Positions 30,700 through 44,886 of a DNA stretch of 64,000 bases are shown here, in pieces. Position numbers and translations under genes: made by a program. Source of the DNA: Eledone cirrhosa (taxonomy: Eukaryota); the NCBI GenBank assembly GCA_964016885.1, contig OZ024742.1, positions 205,840,001 to 205,904,000 of the forward strand, written 5' to 3'. Within the stretch, counting starts at the first letter, position 1, and each line of letters opens with the position of its first letter. The notes under the pieces are model-generated. The model did no database searches. It was not told the origin of the DNA and saw nothing but the letters and a program-made list of their open reading frames with translations.

Positions 30700-31490
30700 T
30701 TTAGCAGTGGTAGTAGCTCCCTGGATGGAAGAAGTTCAGGGAGCTAGCTAGTATCACTGCTAGCTGCAAAAGGCTTTTCCCTCAAAATGAAAGGCAGACG
30801 AACAGCAATGTTACATGGTAGTGAGACCTGGACGTTGTGTGTAGAAGACTTGCATAGATTAGAAAGAAATGAAGTTTGCATGCCCCGATGGATGTGTAAT
30901 AGTAATATATGCAAACGGAAAATTGTGAGAGAGACTAAGCATAAGAGGAATCAAATGCTGTGTGCAGGAGAGGAGGTTGCATTGGTATGGACATGTGATG
31001 CATATGAAGGATGACAGCTGCATAAGAAGGTGCAGAGCACTAAAAGCTCTGAAGTGGGGAGACCCAAGAAGACCTAGGATGAGGTGATAAAAGCTGACTT
31101 GCCCAATTGCACCTGTCAAAGGCAATGACACAGGACCAATACCTCTGGCATTACATAGTAATACAGAAGACCTGACTTCCCACAGGTACAAGCCGAAGTT
31201 GAAGCATATAGACAGTATGCTCCCACCCCCTCCCACTATAAAGTGGTTGTGTAGGTGTCACAACAAAAATCACCCAGTCCATACTGTAAAGTGGTCATGT
31301 AGGTGCCACGGTTTAAAAGCACCCAGTACTCACTGTAAATGAGGTTGGTGTTAGGAAGGGCATCCAGCTGTAGAAATCAAGCCAAAATCAGTTCTGTATG
31401 AGCAAGACATGGTCACCTGACCTGGCATTGCCCACAACAGGACAACCTGTCTAACCCATGCTAGCATGGAAGAATGGATGTAAAACGGTA

Positions 31491-31523
<33 letters not shown>
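30700..31523 (+). mobile_element. RTE-clade LINE 3' fragment with (GAT)n tail
   Basis: MLHGSETW, LERNE, RWMC, RRLHWYGHV and GRPKKT-like motifs, followed by a 3' UTR ending ...GGATGTAAAACGG-(GAT)n. Confidence 0.85.
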
Positions 31524-31585
<62 letters not shown>

Positions 31586-32394
31586 TGGGAGAGAGGGAGA
31601 GAGAGAGCAAGAGAGAGAGAGAGAGAGATAGAGAAAGAGAGATAGAGATGGAGAGAAGAGAAAAGTTTTATGTTGTAAACATCAAAATACTAGTCCAAGA
31701 TAATGCCAATATCCAGTAGGACAATTATAAAATGGCAAGAAGTTTCTAGCATATTTATCAGAGGGACTATGTTGGAACCTAAGTCACTGTAAGCATCTTA
31801 ATTATCACATTCCCTCCAGAATTACTTGTCTTAAGCTCAAAACTACATCGGTTTTTTGGCAGTTTGTAGTTAAAATTAGGAGTAATAAGATAATACATTA
31901 AAAAAAATCTTCCAAATTATCTCTATCACAAGGTATCAAATTTAGGAATTTAGTTTTACAATCATGAGAACTAGAAGAGTCAATTGAGATACTTATGCTA
32001 TTTGAGGAGATGAAATATTTACAATATAATGAAATAAATGGTTAAAGAAGTAGGTAACTCTAACAAAACACATTCTTTATCACTGCTCTTTTGAAAAATG
32101 GAAAAGATTTACCAAAAAAATAGAAGATGGTGTCCCCAGACTTGTTATCAATAAATTACTCTTCATATCAATCTTATATTTCTAAAATTATAATATTTTT
32201 TCTATTTTTTCCCTTGAAAGTTTTTGCATGTTTATTATATTTACAAAATCTGCTGTTTATGTTGTTCCTTTGTATTTGTAATTTAGTGGTTCAATAAATA
32301 GGAATCAATCAAATAAGTACCAGGTTAACATAAGTACTGGAATCAATATGATTGACTAAACCTTTGATAGCTGTACCCCAGCATGGCTGCAGTC

Positions 32395-33300
32395 CTCCTC
32401 CTCCTTCTCCTTCTCCCACTTCATTGGGGCAGAGTCCTCACACACTCCTTCCAGTGGGTCCTGTCAGAAGCAACCATCTCCAACTGATCCGGCTAGATCC
32501 CCAAGTGAGACCAGCCAAGCTCATGGTTATTATCTAACCATCTTGCTTGAGGTCAACTCCTGGATCTTCTGCCAGTTGGTTTTGCCTGTAAAATCTGTAT
32601 TCTTTCCTAAGTCATTCTAACCACATGCTCATAGAATCAGAGCTGTGATCTCTCAATTCAGAAATGTAGTGGCTCTATCTGGAGTGACTGACTAATCTCC
32701 GAGCTACACATTCTATTGAGTAACATTATTCCAAAAACCCTTCAAAGGGACTCCATTTGGTCACTTGTATTCGTGATCATATTCTTTGTGTCATTACCCA
32801 AGATTCATGACCCTTGGTAAGGGTTGGCATGAATACTGAATTGAAGATAGCGAGTGTGGCTTTTACACCTACCTCCCTTCTTCTGATTACCAAATGCTGA
32901 AACTGGTGCATTACTGCAACAACTCCTGCAATTTTTGCACTTAATTCAACCTTTTGCTTTCCATCACTCATGAACATGGCCCCAAGATACTTGATCTTCT
33001 CCACCTGCTCCTGTGGAACTCCATTCATATGTAGAGTACATTGCACCGATTTTCATTCCAGTCATACAGCACTCTGCATCAAACCTATCAAATGCAAGTT
33101 GGAGATCACCTTCTGTAGAGCCAAGTAATACCTTGTTGTCTGCAAATTCTAGCTGACTGATTTTACACCTGCTAGTCATGATACCACTTCCAACCTGGCT
33201 GCGCATGTGAATCCTGTTCATGAAAATAGTGGGATTTGGAAGAAAGCAAACCATAACAATTGGAACCTGGAGCATCACAACCCTTACAGGGAACGAGTAG
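32395..33300 (-). mobile_element. Degenerate RTE-like LINE fragment (RT C-half)
   Basis: LEFADNKVLL (from FADD), KIKYLG, PTLT.GHESW and a (GAG)n-like tail near 32395. A related 3' piece lies at 41790-42120. Confidence 0.7.
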
Positions 33301-33584
33301 GAACTAGTGGAGGAGGCTAGATGCATAATATTTCTTATCTATTATATTTAAAATTCCTTAGATCTATATATATTGCAACAATATGTCCACTGGGGATATT
33401 AGTTGTTCCTGTAACACATTTACTCTCTCAATGTAGTTCTTCAATGGTGATTTAACAATTTGTTAACCATCATCATCAGTGTTTAATGTCTATTTTCAAT
33501 GCTTGCATTTGTTAAGTGGGCTGTCATGTTTTGAGGTTAGACTAGTCAGATGACCATGTCTAGCTCATGTGTTCTATGTTTGGC

Positions 33585-33830
33585 TTGGTTGCTGAGGAGA
33601 GATGCACTTCTAAATGCCAATCATTTAACTGTGTGCACTAAGAGCATGGTTTCTACGGCTGGATGCTCTTCCTAACACTAACCACATAACAAAGTTGTAC
33701 TAGGAACATGTTTTCTATGGGGGGATGCCCTTCCTAACACCAATCACATAACAGCATGTACTAAGAACATGGTTTCTTTACAGGGATTCCCTTCCTAACA
33801 CCAACTATTTAGCAGCATGTACTGGGAACA
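33585..33830. repeat. Tandem array of about four ~60-bp units derived from the RTE/SINE 3' tail
   Basis: Repeating ATGGTTTCTACGGCTGGATGC.CTTCCTAACAC.AA.CACATAACA.....TACTA.GAAC. Confidence 0.7.
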
Positions 33831-35021
33831 TTTTAAATCCAAATAAAAAAAACACGTTTATTCCAAAAAGAATCAGGCAATTTCTACACAAATTGTCATT
33901 TCCATTGAACACTCTTGGAACACATAATAAATGAGATAAACACTGTGGAGTATTAATAATAGCTTTTGATTGAAAAAATTGGTTAATAGTAGTGCTAGGA
34001 ATAGATAAGAATCCAATCATATCATCATACCACCATCACCATCATCATCATCCTTTATTATCCATTTTCCTTGCTACCAAGAGTTGAATGGTAAACTCTC
34101 AGATGGACTAGAAACCTGCATCTTAGTTACATAGATTCCTTCACTCTATCAATTGTTCTGGTGAGCTGGCATCTTGCTTACATATAATCCTGCACTCGAG
34201 TACATTTTATCATAGCACCAGCACTAGGAACATTGTCATGTCTTTGGCATGATCAAAGAGTCCTCCTAACCCTTTGTTTTGGCAGGTTTTCTATAACTAG
34301 ATGCCCTTCCTATTATCAACTATTTTACAGTATGGAAAAGCAATGACTAATAAGATTAATTGTTGAGATAGAAAGTAAACATCATAGAATAAGAGGTTGT
34401 TTGTGTGACTTCTCTTCCTCTTTCATCACTGACAATGTGATCACCACCTCCAGGTTTTGCAGTAACTACTACACTCAGTGTTTCCCCACCTTCTCAAACC
34501 TCCTCACTGCACTGTTCCTTTAACCATCAACTTTCAATTATTCAAAAGGAATGTTTTCTGTGTTTACCCCACCAGTCTTAGAAAGCTTGCAAAGTCCATG
34601 GGCACATGCCTTTTCTCTACCCAACAAAAAAATTGTCAAAATAGTTAGTAAAGTAGCTAGTGGAAGGGTTTATGTTTTCAGGGTACAGGAGGAAAAGAAA
34701 AAAATGTATTATCATGCATATTATTTGAAAGTGTGGTTTTGCCAAGCATAAGTAGATAAATTTTTAATATGAAGGAGATTAGAAACAGCATTATGGACAC
34801 TGCTGTGAAGTCATTTATGTATCATCAATGAAATTTTAAATGTTGTCAATATTGTACCAATCAAGTTTTGTATGGTAATACACTCTTGCTACTGCTTATA
34901 TTGAATGTAAGACAGCTTGCAGCATTATAAACACGCAGTTTATTGGTATTTAACAAACTGATGCCAGCAAACAAAAGAACAAAAGAATTACACATTTCCA
35001 GTTTTGAGGTAACTGAGGCAT

Positions 35022-35115
<94 letters not shown>

Positions 35116-36069
35116 GTGTGTGTGTGGAGAAATCAAAATTATTTTACTTTTTTCTGAGAAAGAAGTAAACCTGCAGTAAACCTGAAATTCAATGGAGATT
35201 CTAAATGAATACAAAAATACTTTGGAATATTAATGGAACAAAAATTGATAAAGTACCTCAAATCAATTCTATCTGTTGCATTCCTCTTAGGTTTGCTCTT
35301 TCTAAAACCTTCACCAAAATTCACATTCAATTTTTTCCTTCTATGCGATGAGATGATTGAAGCAAGGGTTTTAATAGAGAGAAGAGAGATTGTGAGATAA
35401 ATATTCTTTAAGGATGGTAAAGTGGTTATGGATGAATATGATACAACCATAGAGGAGACACTTCACATATTAAGTGTAACAGCTTTCGTTTATCTGTAAT
35501 TATCTAGGGCTTTAGACAATTTATGTGGCATGTAGGAAAGTAAATGATCAGTGAATGTTGTTTTGTGTGTGTGAGAGAGAGAGAGATATGGAAGAGAGGG
35601 AAGGAAGAGATTCAATGTTGGATTATTATATGATCAGAAATAATTTATTTTCTCATCATTTAAAATGGTACAAATAATGGTGTTTCAGTCGAGGGCCAGA
35701 ATGTCTACTTCTGTGCAAATACAACATCGAGAAAATTCCAAATGTATATTTACTTCTATTAGTAGATTTCTTTCTAAAATTAGTTGAGTTTCCTGGAGTT
35801 TGAGTTTATTTTGTTATAAATCCAAACCAAATGAAATTGTGTAAGAACTGCTGGAAAGCCCATCTTCCACTAAGTCACATTGACACCTGTGGCTGCTAAA
35901 CTACTTTACACTAGAATCTTTGAAATCTGTGGGACAAATGCCTGCCAGTGTCTATGCTACAGTCAAATTGCTTATGCAATTGCTATAGATGTGTAATTAT
36001 ACTTTTAATCTCATGTGCCACCTAATGCATTAGTCCAGGTAAATATGTTTTTTCCTGGTTCCTTGTGTT

Positions 36070-36310
36070 GTTATCAGGCAAATACAACATTGATAAATCC
36101 CAATGGGTGTTGGGAAGGTGATGGTGGGGTGAGAGGGCTGAGATATGGTTGGTTTCATGAGAATAGGTGAGGGTAGCTTGGATTAGGGTGGAAGGATATC
36201 CAGGCTGGATGAAGCGGGAGTCCATATGAAGGGACTGCATCTCGAAATTATGGTCCTGGCTACAGAGCTGATGAAGGCAGAGGAATTGGGAGTAGGGTGT
36301 GGAGAGTTTG
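36070..36310 (-). pseudogene. Fragment of a Penelope-like (Neptune-type) post-RT helical domain
   Basis: PYSQFLCLHQLCS...F...M..RF..PGYP resembles the IPYSQFLRLRRICS...F..RGYP motif. Confidence 0.55.
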
Positions 36311-36959
36311 GTGTGCGTTACTTCTCTACCCCTTTCCACAGTCACCTTTACCCCATCTGTTGTCACACACATGTGCAGCATACATACACCCACTAGATTC
36401 CTATGACCCTGTTATGGCCAGAAACATATACACTTACACCTTATACAGACCAACAAAAAATGCACACACACACACCTCTACATTTACCTTCACAGCTCTG
36501 TACACACACATTTGCTTACAAACACCCTGATATACACACACATTTGCTTACAAACACTTACACACACACTCTTTTACTTACACATCCTCTTAGCTTCGTA
36601 CGAACGTATAAAACATACACTCACATGCACACATACAGCTCTATATATAAAACATTTTTTTTTTCCTTTCAGATAGATGCGCTCAATCACTGCCTTTTCA
36701 AAAAAGTATATTATACACAAAATGCCATCATCAACAGTTTTCGAAGATGGCAACATGAATGGACCTGTTATTTTTCTCTAAAAATATTTTTCCAATTTCT
36801 GCCCTGTCCCTCTCCTCAATCTTTCTATTTCTTCTCTAATTTCTCATTTTATTTTCTGATGAAGGTTAAGACTCTTTTCCTACTATATCAAGCGTAAAAC
36901 TAATCATGTATTTCTTCATTGTCATTTGCTTTGTTATTTTTGTTTGCCTTTTGCATATA

Positions 36960-37829
36960 CAAGGTGCGGACGACATCTGTTTGCAATTTTCAACTGCTAA
37001 TTTTATGCAAACTTTTTTACTTCCATTGTCCCTCTTGTCTGCATAAAAACAGAATAATTGATTATGAATAATTTTGAACCTCCAAATTTGTGGAAGAGAC
37101 ACAGAGTTCTTCTTGGAATCTGCACCGGGAGGACAAATAAGAAAATTTCAGACTTTCTCAGCGTTAGCAGGAGAATGGTGTCTCATCCAAAGACGTGCCC
37201 AGAGTTATGCAGACAAAGTTTCCAGTGACAACATTGGTCTTAGGTGTCGTCAGCAGGCAAGGTGACGTCATGCCACCTCACTTCTTCCCTGAGGGCCTCA
37301 AGCTGAACACCGATGGCTACATCCGCGTTCTGAGTGAGGTAGTAAAGCCCTGGATTGACCAGGTAGCTGCAGATAGGCCGTACGTGTGGCAGCAAGACTG
37401 AGGGCCCTGCCATACCAGCCGAAAGACCCAAGCCTGGCTGTCAGAGAACTTCGTCGACAACACTTCACCTGACATCTGGCCTCCCAGCTCGCCTGACTGC
37501 AACCCCCTCGACTTCTTTGTGTGGGGCGCAGTGGAACGAGACACCAACAGATCTAGCTGCAATACGAAAGACGATCTGAAGGCCAGGATCACAGGTGCCT
37601 TTAGGAGCCTAAGTCGGGGGACAGTGACGAAGGCCTGTAGCCGGTTCCAAGGCCGCCTTGAGGCCGTCATCAAAGCCAATGGTGGGTTTATCAAGTGAAC
37701 AAGTTTATCAAAAGAACAAGTCATGAAGACAAACTGACCCAAGTTTGATAAATAAATCTTAAAAAATAAAACTACTATGTTATTTTTTCCTAGACAGTAA
37801 TCTTGCGAACAGATATCGTCCACACCCTG
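36960..37829 (+). mobile_element. Internally deleted Tc1/mariner-superfamily DD37D (maT) transposon
   Basis: TIRs CAAGGTGCGGACGACATCTGTTTGCAA and revcomp CAGGGTGTGGACGATATCTGTTCGCAA, both flanked by TA. The catalytic half 37190-37698 reads WQQD*GPCH...WPPSSPDCNPLD with 37 residues between the last two Asp. The N-terminal HTH is absent. Confidence 0.92.
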
Positions 37830-39283
37830 TATATATATATATATATATATCTTTTTCCATATAAAGCATGAAACTAAAAAGACTTTTTGTACGTCTCAAG
37901 TGGGACTAAATCGCCCAACCCATGCTAGTGGAAAATGGACATTAAACGATGATAATGATTATATCATCTAACATCATCATCATTGTTCATTTGTGGTAAA
38001 CTAAAGTAAAAACTGTAATTTTTTATGTGAATTTTTCATGACTGTTTTGCTAATGCAGTTTCATACGGTACAAGCCGATAAAATTAAATAGAATGATAGA
38101 TTAGATTTTCTTCCAGATGGGCTTCTACACAATTTTTCTCTGTTAAATTTCACTCACAAGAATTAGGTTGCCCTGAGTTTATAGTAGAAAACATTTGTTT
38201 ATGTACGTCACAGCAGGATTGAATCTGGAATAACAGGCTTGCAAAGTGAACTTCTTACCACTCAGCTCTAATACCCTTGGGAATAATATAATGCTACAAT
38301 CCTTTACTGGTACCAATATCTTAGATAAAGGCCCTTTATGAATCTAAAGAGAAAAACAATATTTATCAATTAATTTGTTTTTTTTTCCAAAAAATAGTGT
38401 CGGATTAAATTACTGTATTTACTATTAGGTCTCTATGAAGTGAGGTCAAGTTCTCTCTGGTGTTGAATTTGCTTTTTATTCCTATGAGGTTGATAAATAA
38501 GTTCCAGGCATGATCTAGGATAGACTTAGCCAATAAATACCTCCACTAGAAAATATATTGGCTGCACTAATGTAAGAAATCAATACTGGATTTTCAAATT
38601 TTATCTGTCTGTATATTTGTTATTTAAGAGTATTTCAGTATTTCAAGCAGCTTTTGATAAATGAGGTAACCATTATTGATGACTTTAATATGATTTGTTG
38701 TATTGTTTTGAAGGAATGTATCTTACTTAAATGAATACTGACTATTATTTTTGTGACAATAATGATAATTAACATTGTGATTGCATATTAAAATATAATT
38801 TCCTTGTTAATTACTAATGGTGATTATAGTGGAAAATACAAAGAAAATGGAGTGAAGCATGAGGAACATATGTTCGTCATTAGCAGCTTGCATGAATACA
38901 CTAGCCTGTCTCTTTCAGTGATTGCTATTTTTTAACATAGCCACGAAGCCTGAGCTTTTTAGCTCTTCCAATAACAATAGCAAACGTTTGGAGAGACAAA
39001 GATGTCACCGAGACTTAGTGATGTGAAGCTGTTGATGAGGATGAAGTAAGGAATATGAGAAGGAGCCTAAGAAGCTTTAAACATTCACATCTCAGCCCAT
39101 GTCTTTCATTCCTCCCTCTTTATTCCTTCTTTTCTCTTCCATTTCCAACTGTATAGAGTGTCAACCAATGATGCCATTTAGCTAGATTCTTTTCCCCCTT
39201 TCCCTTTCTTTCCTTCTCCTTTTCCATTCTTTTTCTTTATTTTCTCTTCTCATCATGTAGTTTTCACCACTTCCCCTTGACCT

Positions 39284-39387
<104 letters not shown>

Positions 39388-39705
39388 CTCTCTCTTTATC
39401 TGCCTGTCACCTACATCTTTTCAAACTATAACACAGGTTAAATATCAGAGCCAAACTATAGTAACCAAGGGACAAAAGGATAACAGAAATGCTATCTAGC
39501 AGACATCTGGGTATCCCTTCTTTCTAGGACAGTAATGCAATAAAACTTTGAATTTAGATAAATCATATTTTATTATTGTTATTGCTATCACTATGATGTT
39601 TTTACATACACACATATAAATATAAATATATGTATATATGCATATGTGTGTATGTATAAAAAAATATATATATGTATATACACAGACATATGCATATATA
39701 TATAT

Positions 39706-40340
39706 ATAATGAAATATATGGAAAATAGAAATGGCTGTGTAGTTGCTATTTAAGGTAACTTAAAATGCAGTGGGAATATGAAGAAAGCAAGAACAGGCAG
39801 GGGAGTTTTCCTCATCAGTTGTCTACTGGGGGTCTAGGATATTTCTACGCTTTAAAGACAAGATACCACTTCATCCCAGGGCGTCAATAACTGGATAAGT
39901 TATTGGGAAAACGAAGGAAGGAGGGAAGGAAAGCAAAGGGGAAGAAAAGAGAAACAGTAACAAAACAGCAGAAAAAAACACAAACCGAGCAATGTGCGAG
40001 CAACTATAGGTAGGAAATCCAAGACCACTCGATAATAGAACATAAGTTCAAGACTGCGTAATCGAGAGAAAAGACACACGTCCGATCGCTGCAGTTGTAA
40101 TTGAGAAGAGAACTGCTAAACGATCAGACGAGGGGGTGAAAGTGAGAGGGAGGAAGGGAGAGGAAGAAAGTGGGGTAAGAGTAGATAGGGAGAAAGGGAG
40201 GGGAAGAAAGAGGGGTGAGAGTAGAAAGTGGCGAAATAGGTAGGTAGAAGGGGAGAAGAATGGTCACAACGAAAAACATGAACCGAAATGTTGTACAGCC
40301 TTTGTATGTATGTGTGTATTTAAAGTAGAGAGACGGAGTA
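39706..40340 (-). repeat. Diverged relative of the 18.2-19.5 kb non-coding unit, next to a TA-rich tract
   Basis: Shares GGCTGTGTAGTT.CTA....AAGG, GGAGTTT(T)CC.TC.TCAG and purine-rich tracts in the same order. Confidence 0.5.
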
Positions 40341-40997
40341 TATACATACATATTGTCATGATCATTACTATTATATTTATGTTCCCTTTCTATATTTTCT
40401 ACATTTCGGTTAAAATCATTACATGATAAATATGATATGCCTTGCTTGTTTAGCTAGATTGCATTAATGGAGCATACAGACTATAAAGATAAGACGATAA
40501 ATAAGAGGACAGATTCTTCACAGGGTTTTAGACTTTTAGCAATCTCCCTACAGAGCCAAAGATATTTTTGGATAAAAATCTGTGGAAATGATTGCTTAGT
40601 AAGCTTTCGGCTAATAGATGTGTTAGGACACACTGAATAATTTATCATGCAACTCGTTCATGGAAGCCATTCAACCAAGATAAATGCTGTAGATTCAATG
40701 ATGGTTGTGCAGAATGTCTGTCTGTCAAAATGGGTCACATTTTGTTTTGCATAAGTTCACAGTATTTATTTAGGCACGTAAAACTTGTTTGTATTCATCA
40801 TATATTATGTTATTTAAATACACAAATGTATGTCAGTTACCTCCCAACAATATGTTATATATTTGTTGATTTATATTGTACTATACTGATTGCATTACAT
40901 TGTAAAGTTTGTACTTAGTTGTCCTTGTGGCAAATATAGAAATCATCATTAACATCACCAAAATTAACAGTAATAATGAGTTCTTATTTAGACTTAA

Positions 40998-41215
40998 CCC
41001 TTTAGCATTTAAACCAGCTGTATCCAACCAGAATTCTCTTACCTCTTTCTGTTCAAACCTGCTGTAACTGGCTGCTCATACTGATGTTAAGGTATTGTTC
41101 TCAAAACAAATAATATCAAAATCTAATATCGATATTATGTGAGATAATTATGTGAAGTAAAGCCTTTACCATGAAAATATAATAGTATATGTAGAGTAAT
41201 GTAAATGCTAAAGGA
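40998..41215. mobile_element. TTAA-target (piggyBac-type) MITE
   Basis: TTAA|CCCTTTAGCATTT ... AAATGCTAAAGG TIRs. Same family as 42909-43129, in the opposite orientation. Confidence 0.7.
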
Positions 41216-42908
41216 CTAACTGAACCAATTTATAGGGGAAGCAAAGACATTGTGTGAGTCATTCCCAATTAATGATAAAAAAAAATGAAGTACAAGGTAT
41301 ATTTTTGTTGGAGACAGTTATAATTAAAAAAAAATGACCTCAGTATATTGTTGATTGTTATTTTCTAGATTAAAAGGGGTAAAAGACACAGTGAACGCTG
41401 ATATAATGATGATAAAATCAATAATGATTATAATTTTTATTTTACTACATTTTCAGTTCAAATCCTGCCACGGTCAACTTTGCCATTCATCATTCTGGGA
41501 TCAATAAATGAAGTATCAGTTTAGGTTGGTGGATTGGCAGTGTCATTACAGCATTGGATTGGATACTTTGAGATATTTGTTCCAGCTTCTTGTATTTTGA
41601 CTTCACATCCTGCCATTCATTTTGTTGGTAGATTTAATCTGTCTGGTTTAACAACCACCACCTGGCTCTTGGGGAATAAAAGAGGTCATGGTAACAAACT
41701 ATCTTTTTCACTAATGAATAAAAATGGGTCAATTATTGCAAAGAATGTGTATAGTTAAGTGTCGTAACTCTAATATTTCACTGAGACCTCCTCCTCCTCC
41801 TCCTCCTCCTCCTCCTCCTCCTCCTCCTCCTCCTCCCACTTATTCATAGGGGTGGGGGTCATGAGGACAGAGTCCTCAAGCATGCCTTCCAATGGGACCT
41901 CTCAGAAGCAACTGTCTCCATTTGATCCGGATGGATCCAAGCAAGACCCACTGAGTTCATTGATGTTATCCAACCACCTTGCTTGGGTTCTATACCTTGG
42001 GTCTCCTGTCAGTTGGTTTCACCTGAAAAGCTGTCCAGCAATTCTTTCCTGAGACATTCTAACCACATATCCATAATATTGGAGCTGTGATGTCTCAATT
42101 CAGAGAAGTAGTGGCTCTCATTGAGACTTATTTTATCAATCTTCAGAGTGATTAAATGCAGAATTTTAACTCAAAACTGTGAGATATAAGACTAGGTTTA
42201 CAATAGCATTCAGCCTGGAATTTTACTGTATCAGCTATTTCCCACAACAGCATTCTTACTAATTCTATACAAAATCCTAATCGGTATGAAGAGAGGAACA
42301 TTCTTTTGACCATAAAAAGAATCAATATATAAGTGGATTGAAAGGATCAGTTCTTCATTAATAAAACATTATTAGCAATCTGCTTGAAGTTGAGTGAGAA
42401 TCTAAATCCTACCTTGATAGTTTACAAAATATAATTGATCCTGGAATCAATGGAAATGGTCAGATTGTTACCAACAGTAATATGATTCATTGAATTAAAA
42501 TTGAATTGGATTGATGAAAGGTGGTATGTCTCAATAGAGGAGTACAAGAATATCTCCATGATAACTGATGCATTCTACATTAAAAATAAACAAGATCTGT
42601 CAATCTACTTGACACTTGTTTCAATATGTACAACATGGAAATCAATAGGAAGTAGTTACAATAGACAGAAAAATAAAATAAAATTGAATTACCTGCCAAA
42701 CATGGACAATATAAACAGACTCAGGTGGAAAACATATTCCACATTGGCAAACTTCAAATTGAGAAAAGTTGCAAGACAACTTTATACCAAAGTGAAACTA
42801 GAAATAAAAGAGAACTGTTCTACATTAATTCCCTATAGGTGAACTTCATAATATTTAGTTTTTGGTGTAAAATATAATATGCATTGATGAAGACCCAGCT
42901 AAACTTAA

Positions 42909-43129
42909 CCCTTTAGCATTTACATTACTCTATATTTACTATTATATTTTGACGGTAAACACTTTATCTCACATAATTATTTCACATAATATCGAATCTA
43001 TGAGATTTTGATATTATTTATTTTCAGAACAATACCTTAATATCAGTATGAGTAGCCAGTTATGGCCGGTTTCAACAGAAAGAAGTGAGATAATTGCGGC
43101 CGGATATGGCTGGTTTAAATGCTAAAGGG
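42909..43129. mobile_element. TTAA-target (piggyBac-type) MITE
   Basis: TTAA|CCCTTTAGCATTTA ... TAAATGCTAAAGGG|TCAA. Confidence 0.75.
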
Positions 43130-43198
43130 TCAAGTGAACATGGAAAAATGAATATTAAAATATTCACAATAAAATTTATCTATTTTAAATAAACATAT

Positions 43199-43530
43199 GA
43201 AGGTACATGGCTTAGTGGTTAGAGCATTGGGCTTGCAATCGAAAGGTTGTGAGTTCAATTCTCAGACCGGGTAATGTGTTGTTTCTTTGAGCAAGACACT
43301 TTATTTCACATTGCTCCAGTTTAGAAATGAGATGATAGGGACTGGGGTCCATATCATTCCACTGCAAAGTGGTCGTGGAGGTGCCACGGCAAAAAAGCAC
43401 CCAGCACTCACTGTAAATGAGGTTGGTGTTAGGAAGGGCATCCGGCTGTAGAAATCAAGCCAGAATCAGTTCCCGTCCCACCCTTGCAAGCAGGGAAAAG
43501 CGGACGTAAAATGATGATGATGATGATGAT
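43199..43530 (+). mobile_element. tRNA-derived SINE family B with an RTE-derived 3' tail
   Basis: A-box TGGCTTAGTGG, B-box GTTCAATTC, core CTTGAGCAAGACACTTTATTTCACATTGCTCCAG-like, 3' part matching the RTE UTR at 31300-31520, and a (GAT)n tail. Confidence 0.85.
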
Positions 43531-43624
43531 ATACACTCAATGCAACTATAAGAGCTGCTCACAAATAACTAGGGAAACTAGACAACAATCACATGTCTCT
43601 GGTACTGAAACCTGATCAAATAAT

Positions 43625-44886
43625 GATTTCTGATTTAGGCACAAAACCAACAATTTAAGGGAGGGGAAAGTTGATTAAATCAATTTCTACTTTAGACACA
43701 AGGGCAGTAGTTTTGGATGAATACTGGATGATACTTTATTTTATTGACCCCAGAAGGATGAAAGGCAAAGTTGACCTTGGTGATATAACAATGTTGATAA
43801 TAATAATCATCTTTTCTAATGTGGGCACAAGATCACAAATTTGGGGGAGGGTTTAGTTGATTAAATTAATCTTAGTACTTGACTGGTCTTTTATTTTATT
43901 GATTTCAGAAAGATGAAAGGAAAAATTGACATCAGCTGGATTTGAACTCAGAATGTAAAGGGCTCTGACTAAATACCACAAGTGGAACACTTCATGGTTC
44001 CAAGCCTGTCATCTTTGATGCTCTGACAATTCACTGCCCTAATTAATGATAATAATAATAATAATTGTTTCTACTTTAGGCAAAAGGCCAGCAATTTGAA
44101 GGGGAGGGGAAAGTCGATTAAATCAACCCCAGTACATTACTGGTGTTTTATTTCATCAACCCCATAAGAAAGGCAAAGCTAACCGCGGCAGGATTTGAAC
44201 TCAGAACGTAAAGGGCCGTAACTCTATGCTGTAAAGCATGTTACCCAACACTCTACCAATACTGCCAATCCACCGCCCTAATGATAATAATAACATCAAC
44301 AACAATAATATTGATATATATTCCTTACATAGGCACACATTTGCAATGAGGGTAAATTGAATAAATCAATCCCAGTATTTGATTGGCACTTTAGTTTATC
44401 AACCCTGAAAGGATTAAATGCAAAGTTGACCTTAGAAGTATTTAAACTCAAAATGTAAAGGTTCATAGCTAAATACTGCTAGGGATTTTACCAGATGCTC
44501 TAATGATTCTATCAATCCATCACACTACTACTAATATTAGCAGGAGCAATTATTGGATATTATTATTTAGACGGTGGATTGGCAGTATCGGTAGAGGGTC
44601 GCACGCTATGCTTTGACGTATAGAGTTACGGCCCTTGCCATTCTGAGTTCAAATCCCGCCGAGGTTAACTTTGCCTTTCATCCTTACGGGGTCGATAAAA
44701 TAAAGTACCAGTAATGCTCTGGGTAATTTCTGGCCTTGTGCCAAACGTAGAAACAATTATTTAGAAATATGTTCAAATCCCGCCGAGGTTAACTTAGCCT
44801 TTCATCCTTACGGGGGTCTATAAAATAAAGTACCAGTAATACACTGGGTAATTGCTGGCCTTGTGCCAAAAGTAGAAACAATTATT
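43625..44886. mobile_element. Cluster of six SINE family A copies (four -, two +)
   Basis: Core GATGAAAGGCAAAGTT.ACC or its complement recurs at about 43760, 43915, 44170, 44415, 44670 and 44795, separated by (TAA)n-like spacers. Confidence 0.85.

Noticed and set aside
36265-36285. CTGATGAAGG as a hammerhead core
   Set aside because: It is the antisense of the Penelope-like coding motif (LCLHQLC), and there is no paired GAAA arm.
37317-37823. 168-aa minus-strand ORF, and similar antisense ORFs over Gypsy, Vingi and R4 elements
   Set aside because: These are shadow ORFs opposite recognisable transposon coding frames.
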